Source: a virus. From it: a DNA stretch of 64,000 nt. The notes beneath the pieces are model-generated. The model did no database searches and was not told where the DNA came from. It worked only from the letters and a program-made list of their open reading frames with translations. Location: the IMG/VR virus record IMGVR_UViG_3300008110_000009; one strand, given 5' to 3'. Each line of letters begins with the position of its first letter. The stretch's first letter is position 1. Below are positions 59,094 through 64,000 of this stretch, in pieces. Position numbers and translations under genes: made by a program.

Positions 59094-59918
59094 TTAAAAG
59101 TTAAGACCTAATCCAAATGTTCCGTTTCTTTGAACTGGATCATAATCAAATTTTATTGTTGCATTTTTTAAATCGTGCAACGCGCCTATTTTTACAGTTG
59201 TGAAACGATCGCTGTATTTTGGGAATGTAATGTACCCAATATCATCTTTACCTCTATATTTAACAAACTCATTTGCTGTCCCTAACATAAAATGAACACC
59301 GGTTCTTTTTATTCTTTTACCAACCCCAATATAAAAAGAACTTAGTTTAACATAATCATTAACAAGTGGAAAATCAACTTGTGTTATTGTACCATAAGGG
59401 AAAAATGTTGAATTGTCTCTCTCATATGTTGTATTAAATTCAGTAATAAAGTAACCCTTATTTCCAATGGTGAAAAAACCGCCAATTTGTTTATCTGTTG
59501 TTTTTTGTAAACCAAAACTTATAATAGGTTTTTTTCCTCTTATTGTATCCCTTTTACCATCACCGTAAACGTAAACTCTAGCTGGTTGTCTATACCCCCA
59601 ATCATTCCAGTACCACATAGGAGAATAAAAATTCCATCCAAATGCTGGCGCCCCCCATAAGTCCCACCTATTCCACCCCCATCCAAATCTAGGGCCATAA
59701 AGCCAAGGATCGCGCACAATAATGTTAGAGCCTGGCTTCGTTGTTTGTGGTCTATTAAATTCTTTAGGATTAGTATTTCTCCACATACTAATATCGCTTC
59801 TTTGCCCCTGAATTGATGGTGTACTAGGAACTCTTGATGGCGAATTAGATCTCCATGAACTTGTTTGGCCAAAAATTAAAGCTGGTAATAAAATCAGTAC
59901 GAATAATATCTTTTTCAT
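59094..59918 (-). CDS. Predicted outer-membrane beta-barrel protein with Trp/Gly/Pro-rich N-terminal region
   Basis: Signal peptide; C-terminal 'GTFGLGLNF' BAM-type terminal Phe. Confidence 0.7.
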   Translation of the reverse strand: MKKILFVLILLPALIFGQTSSWRSNSPSRVPSTPSIQGQRSDISMWRNTNPKEFNRPQTTKPGSNIIVRDPWLYGPRFGWGWNRWDLWGAPAFGWNFYSPMWYWNDWGYRQPARVYVYGDGKRDTIRGKKPIISFGLQKTTDKQIGGFFTIGNKGYFITEFNTTYERDNSTFFPYGTITQVDFPLVNDYVKLSSFYIGVGKRIKRTGVHFMLGTANEFVKYRGKDDIGYITFPKYSDRFTTVKIGALHDLKNATIKFDYDPVQRNGTFGLGLNF

Positions 59919-59948
59919 AACTCTAATATTTTATATTATATAAATATC

Positions 59949-59976
59949 AAAAAAGGGGAGTCTTAGACCCCCCTTT
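59949..59976 (-). terminator. Intrinsic terminator after CsgG-like gene
   Basis: AAAGGGGG-TCTAAGAC-TCCCC-TTTTTT on the minus strand. Confidence 0.7.
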
Positions 59977-60001
59977 ATTATATATCTTTAATATTGATAT
60001 T

Positions 60002-60721
60002 TTATTTTGTAAAAATCCCCTTTTTAATCATTCTATCAAGAATGTTAGCACAAGCAATATCTAGCGCCTTTTTGGTTGCAATTGAAATTGTTGATTGATT
60101 AAACTTTATAGGATCAACCGTTGCGTCTGATAACAAAGTAAGTTCACGGCTTGTTTTAGCTTCACCCAATCCAGATGCCCCAAACATGGCACCAGTTTCA
60201 GCATCTGTAAATCTTACTTGAAGTCCTATACGTGTAACCATATTATCTTTAATACCGTCCTTAAGATTGATTGTTTCATCTTCTGATATTGAATAATCAT
60301 AACATTCAATAGTCACAAAATATTTTGCTAATCTGATCTTACCTCTACCGTCTAGTTTATCTTCTGAAATACCAGCCTGAGACGCTTGGAATTGTTTAAC
60401 CATCCTATTTTTAATTTCTGTTTTATCTTCGGTAAAAATAAAACGATTAAGATTTTCCAAATATTCCATAGAAATATTTGCAACCCCTAGACCAACTCTT
60501 TTTTCTTTCAATTCTGGGTACATTTCATATACCTCATCGGATATGCCCGCTTTTAATATTTGAATTGGGATTTGCGGGCCATCATAATCCATAAATGCAG
60601 AAATATCTTTTTTCTTTTCAAATTCTGCTTTATATTCTTCTGTTTTAGTTTTACCAATTGTTTGTGCTTGTAAAGTTATACCAATTAGCATAACGCTTAG
60701 AAATAGAAATATTTTTTTCAT
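60002..60721 (-). CDS. CsgG/HfaB-like (curli-channel family) secreted protein
   Basis: Signal peptide (LQA-Q); 'GVANI..EYL....RF...E', 'AKYFV...YD' and 'LQVRFTDAETG....SG.GEA' CsgG-family pattern. Confidence 0.65.
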   Translation of the reverse strand: MKKIFLFLSVMLIGITLQAQTIGKTKTEEYKAEFEKKKDISAFMDYDGPQIPIQILKAGISDEVYEMYPELKEKRVGLGVANISMEYLENLNRFIFTEDKTEIKNRMVKQFQASQAGISEDKLDGRGKIRLAKYFVTIECYDYSISEDETINLKDGIKDNMVTRIGLQVRFTDAETGAMFGASGLGEAKTSRELTLLSDATVDPIKFNQSTISIATKKALDIACANILDRMIKKGIFTK

Positions 60722-60772
60722 GTTAGTTGTTTTAAAATAAATATAAATGGGGAATGTTAACTCCCCCATTTT

Positions 60773-60991
60773 TTACTTATCATACCAAATGTTTTCTGGA
60801 TTATTTTTAAAGGTGCCATCAACTTTCCAAGATATTTCATTAGAAATTTTTGTCATTTTATCCTCCTGATCTGTTGCCACCAAAAATACCGCATATAATT
60901 GGAAAGCAAGTGCAAACATAATCCACGTACCAGTTAAGATTAAAAATGTATTTACCACCACATTTTTAGTTCTTGCCATTAAATTTTTCAT
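60773..60991 (-). CDS. Small membrane protein
   Basis: One long hydrophobic segment. Confidence 0.55.
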   Translation of the reverse strand: MKNLMARTKNVVVNTFLILTGTWIMFALAFQLYAVFLVATDQEDKMTKISNEISWKVDGTFKNNPENIWYDK

Positions 60992-61012
60992 CTTTAATAT
61001 GTGTTAGAGTTT

Positions 61013-61273
61013 TTATCCCTCCATTTCTTCTTCTTTTTTAGCATTCTTGTTGTTGATCCACTTATCTACGGATGCAATACCGAACGCTCCAAGAGTGATG
61101 ACTAAAAAGCCATCAAAAATGAATTCGTTTATTACTAATGGTTTACCCATATAGCCTGTTACTAAATCAACAACTAGCGCAATTACCATACATACAAAAG
61201 ATGCAAAGCCAACTACAGATTTTTCGTTAATAGAGTTGTTGTCATTAAATAATTCCTTTAAGAAACTTGCCAT
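61013..61273 (-). CDS. Two-TM holin-like membrane protein
   Basis: Two TM segments and a charged C-terminal tail; 86 aa. Confidence 0.55.
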   Translation of the reverse strand: MASFLKELFNDNNSINEKSVVGFASFVCMVIALVVDLVTGYMGKPLVINEFIFDGFLVITLGAFGIASVDKWINNKNAKKEEEMEG

Positions 61274-61300
61274 GTTTTTTAATTTTTCTGCGTTTATTTA

Positions 61301-61954
61301 TTAACCCTCATCCTCGCCAAGATCTGGGTCTTTTATTTTACCACATTTAAGGCATTCTAAATCACCATCACCATCCGCATCGCCCCATACGTGCTCACAT
61401 TGTCTATGTGCAAAGTACATGTCTATTTTACCATCCCCATCAAAATCAACACCATCCATCACACCATCACCATCTTCATCTACCTCAACACCAGTTCTAG
61501 GACTAGATGCTTCTTTTCCTATTGGTGGAACTTCGGAACTAATCGGTACCTGTTCAAACATATCATTTACCTTAGGCTCGTTTTTCATGTTTTCAACTGC
61601 TTTAGCAAATGCTTCAGGGATAATAGGGGTTGGGGGTTGGTTATTTACAGGCATATCAGCTGTGTTACTTAAAGAAACACCATCTTCTTCATCCATCTTT
61701 TGAACCAACATTTTATCCTTATCAGTATCACTAAACCAATAGTCGATAATCTTACCATAAGAACCGATAAAGGCACCTAATAATAAAAGGAGAAGTTCTT
61801 TCCATTCCCCACTAATTGCGGTTTGACCAATAATAGCACCAAATATGCCCATTATAATGATCATAAATCCGCCCAATACAATCGCAGTGATGAACCACCT
61901 ACGTTTCATCATACTACCTAATAATTCTCTAAATCCGCTTGGTTTTTGTTCCAT
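61301..61954 (-). CDS. Two-TM membrane protein with DxDGDG Ca-binding motifs and a C/H zinc site
   Basis: DEDGDG, DFDGDG, DADGDG; CEH...CLKC. Confidence 0.65.
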   Translation of the reverse strand: MEQKPSGFRELLGSMMKRRWFITAIVLGGFMIIIMGIFGAIIGQTAISGEWKELLLLLLGAFIGSYGKIIDYWFSDTDKDKMLVQKMDEEDGVSLSNTADMPVNNQPPTPIIPEAFAKAVENMKNEPKVNDMFEQVPISSEVPPIGKEASSPRTGVEVDEDGDGVMDGVDFDGDGKIDMYFAHRQCEHVWGDADGDGDLECLKCGKIKDPDLGEDEG

Positions 61955-61960
61955 ATATTA

Positions 61961-62284
61961 TTACCATTTTGGTGCTTCTTCCTTAAACTCATCCCCTTCC
62001 TTTTTCTTATGTTTTGGTTGAGCTGCTGGTGAAGTTGGTTTTTCTACCACTCTTTCTTTGATTATGGTTGTATTACCGCCTGCGGCTTGTTGTTGTTGGT
62101 TTGAATTGGTAATATTGATTACTGGTGCTGGTGCGGCTGCTGGTGCGGCTTCTTTATCACCACCACCCATTAATGTTGTTAACCACACACCACCTGCGGT
62201 TACCACAGTACCTGCCACGCCTACAATTGTTTTTTTAAGACTTGACCAAGTACCTTCATTTGTGTTTTCTACTTCTTCTGACAT
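61961..62284 (-). CDS. Single-TM protein with Ala/Pro/Gln-rich tail
   Basis: ORF track; TM around residues 19-38. Confidence 0.6.
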   Translation of the reverse strand: MSEEVENTNEGTWSSLKKTIVGVAGTVVTAGGVWLTTLMGGGDKEAAPAAAPAPVINITNSNQQQQAAGGNTTIIKERVVEKPTSPAAQPKHKKKEGDEFKEEAPKW

Positions 62285-62305
62285 AAAATTTAAATTTAAT
62301 TTGTT

Positions 62306-62674
62306 TTATAGTTTATTAAAATCTGCGATCCCTAGCATCTTATCATTCGAATCAAAAAGTCCGATTCTATATGCCGATCTAGGTAAGGCCGTTGTATATA
62401 CTTTCAAAATATTATCACCAGCTTTAACGGTGGTAACCTCTTTTGAAACTACTTTATTTCCAATATCAAGTATTTTTATTGTAACGCTTCCACTATATTC
62501 TGTTTTAACATTCATGGCAACCTCAGTTGTTACAAAAGAAGATTCAAGCTTTATGCCTGCAGAATTAGCAATTTTTAGATCTGGTTTAACAGATACTTCA
62601 GGAATTAATAAGTCGTCTTTATGACAACCGGCAAATAATAGAGTTATTGCCGTTAAGATTAATAGTTTTTTCAT
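62306..62674 (-). CDS. Lipoprotein with T9SS-CTD-like Ig domain
   Basis: Lipobox FAGC followed by HKDD; 'TIKILDIGNKVVSK...GDN.LKV.T.ALP...Y'. Confidence 0.65.
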   Translation of the reverse strand: MKKLLILTAITLLFAGCHKDDLLIPEVSVKPDLKIANSAGIKLESSFVTTEVAMNVKTEYSGSVTIKILDIGNKVVSKEVTTVKAGDNILKVYTTALPRSAYRIGLFDSNDKMLGIADFNKL

Positions 62675-63030
62675 TTCGCGATAATAGTTGTTTTATTCAT
62701 TTCTTTTTTATTGCCGTCTTCTAATACTAAATATAAATACTTGGATGGAAGTGATTTTGTATATATTTTAATTTTATTTGCCCCAATTATGCCTTTTATT
62801 TTTTCCTTACTTAAGACCTGGCCACTTGACTTATCCACTATTTTTAGAACGTAAACGCTGTCTGAGGTTAATTTAAACATCACCTCTTCCCCGTCAGTTA
62901 TTGATGATTCAGATGTTAAAAATATGTCAGTTAAAGGCTTTGGCTGTGGTGGGATAGGTTCTATATCCATTTTTGTACACCCAATTGTAGCCAAAATACA
63001 ACACAGTACTATTATTTTAAACTTTTTCAT
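62671..63030 (-). CDS. Lipoprotein, paralog of 62306..62674
   Basis: Lipobox TIGC; 'LKIVD..SGQVLSKE....G.NKIKIYTKSLP'. Confidence 0.65.
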   Translation of the reverse strand: MKKFKIIVLCCILATIGCTKMDIEPIPPQPKPLTDIFLTSESSITDGEEVMFKLTSDSVYVLKIVDKSSGQVLSKEKIKGIIGANKIKIYTKSLPSKYLYLVLEDGNKKEMNKTTIIAK

Positions 63031-63033
63031 ATA

Positions 63034-63927
63034 TTAAAATTGAAAATTTGTCCCTACCATAAACATTATTGGATTTTCTTTTTTATAACCTACCGATTCA
63101 ACTAAGGAATCCCAAGTTGTATTGTATCTTATGTTGGTATTCAACACAAATCTTTTAGTTATTTTCCAATCTAAAGATGTTCCATAATAAAGATCCATAT
63201 TAAAATTTTTCACATACCCAAAATTATAATCAATCCCTTCTTTATATTTTTTATAAGCGTCACCCATAGCAAATATTTGTGGAGAAATATTGACCACTTT
63301 TGTTTTTATGGTATAAGTGTACATTAACATCCCCCTCAAGGTAAGTTCGTTTGATGAGGGTATTGTTGGATATATTAAATCTAAAAAATTACCGTTTTCA
63401 TCAACAGTATATTCACCTTCCCACTCGCCTTGATAGGAATCCCAAAATGTTTTAGATACAATAAGGCTATAACCAAATGTCCCCCACTTTTTTGTTCGGT
63501 GAACATCTATTAGTGAAATATTAATATCTTTTTGGAAGTTAAAATCAGTTGAGTAAAATGTTTGTAACGTAGTGGTCCTCTTTTCTGTATTTCTTGACAA
63601 ACCGTAACCCATACCATAGTATTTCCAAGTAGGATTAATTGACACAGCAAAAGAGTGTCCCCATTTACCATTTAAAGACAGTTTACTATACCCTAAATTT
63701 AATGTAGTGGAAACTTGTCTACCAATTATACCAACCGATAAGTTTGATGATGATAATATATCTTTTGAAAAATCAATATAAGATTCTAAAATACCCAAAT
63801 CGTTCCAATCATCAGTTTCTTCAAACAACTCTCTGTTTGTTAATTCCAATGTGTCAGGTGTTGATATTTGTGCAGTTGAAACAAAACTGATACAAAGTAG
63901 CGATAATATGATTATTAGTTTTTTCAC
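63034..63927 (-). CDS. Predicted outer-membrane beta-barrel, paralog of the C-terminal domain of 57638..59089
   Basis: Signal STA-Q; shared SPQ.F and 'G.S.D.KIT.RF.L..N' motifs; terminal Phe. Confidence 0.7.
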   Translation of the reverse strand: MKKLIIILSLLCISFVSTAQISTPDTLELTNRELFEETDDWNDLGILESYIDFSKDILSSSNLSVGIIGRQVSTTLNLGYSKLSLNGKWGHSFAVSINPTWKYYGMGYGLSRNTEKRTTTLQTFYSTDFNFQKDINISLIDVHRTKKWGTFGYSLIVSKTFWDSYQGEWEGEYTVDENGNFLDLIYPTIPSSNELTLRGMLMYTYTIKTKVVNISPQIFAMGDAYKKYKEGIDYNFGYVKNFNMDLYYGTSLDWKITKRFVLNTNIRYNTTWDSLVESVGYKKENPIMFMVGTNFQF

Positions 63928-64000
63928 CTATATTATAAATTCAATAATTTACTTTTTAACTCTCTATAAAAAACACTTAAAATACTCAAATGGTCAAAGA

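Noticed and set aside
1-64000. Stop-codon reassignment as in some jumbo phages
   Set aside because: Core genes are full-length and densely packed in the standard code; TAG and TGA both terminate genes.
63933-64000. Possible 3' end of another minus-strand gene (...FDHLSILSVFYRELKSKLLNL*)
   Set aside because: Too short at the window edge to support a call.

Overview
This AT-rich window is part of a large T4-like (myovirus) jumbo phage genome. Several signals point to a Bacteroidota host: TTTG-N19/20-TAnnTTTG promoters, no Shine-Dalgarno sites, a Bacteroidota-type bS21, a DUF4494-like gene and lipoproteins with Bacteroidota export and glycosylation signals. It holds the core morphogenesis genes (baseplate, tape measure, tube, sheath, neck, capsid, scaffold, protease, portal and a broken terminase). 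It also encodes PolB, an SNF2 helicase, a gp55-like late sigma factor, a glycosyltransferase/nucleotide-metabolism block, Hsp20, a Clp ATPase and an RNA-repair pair. The most unusual parts are: (1) a 10-gene cell-envelope cluster at 57.6-63.9 kb with a CsgG-like protein, three predicted outer-membrane beta-barrels and two T9SS-CTD-like lipoproteins; (2) a late promoter motif TATTTAT, the reverse complement of the T4 late box, often only 4-6 nt before the ATG, implying leaderless late mRNAs; (3) a near-perfect bacterial parS site beside a cryptic repeat tract; (4) two candidate small RNAs and a structured polymerase leader; (5) a probable +1/-2 frameshift in the tail chaperone. All product calls come from motif recognition by eye; no database searches were run.
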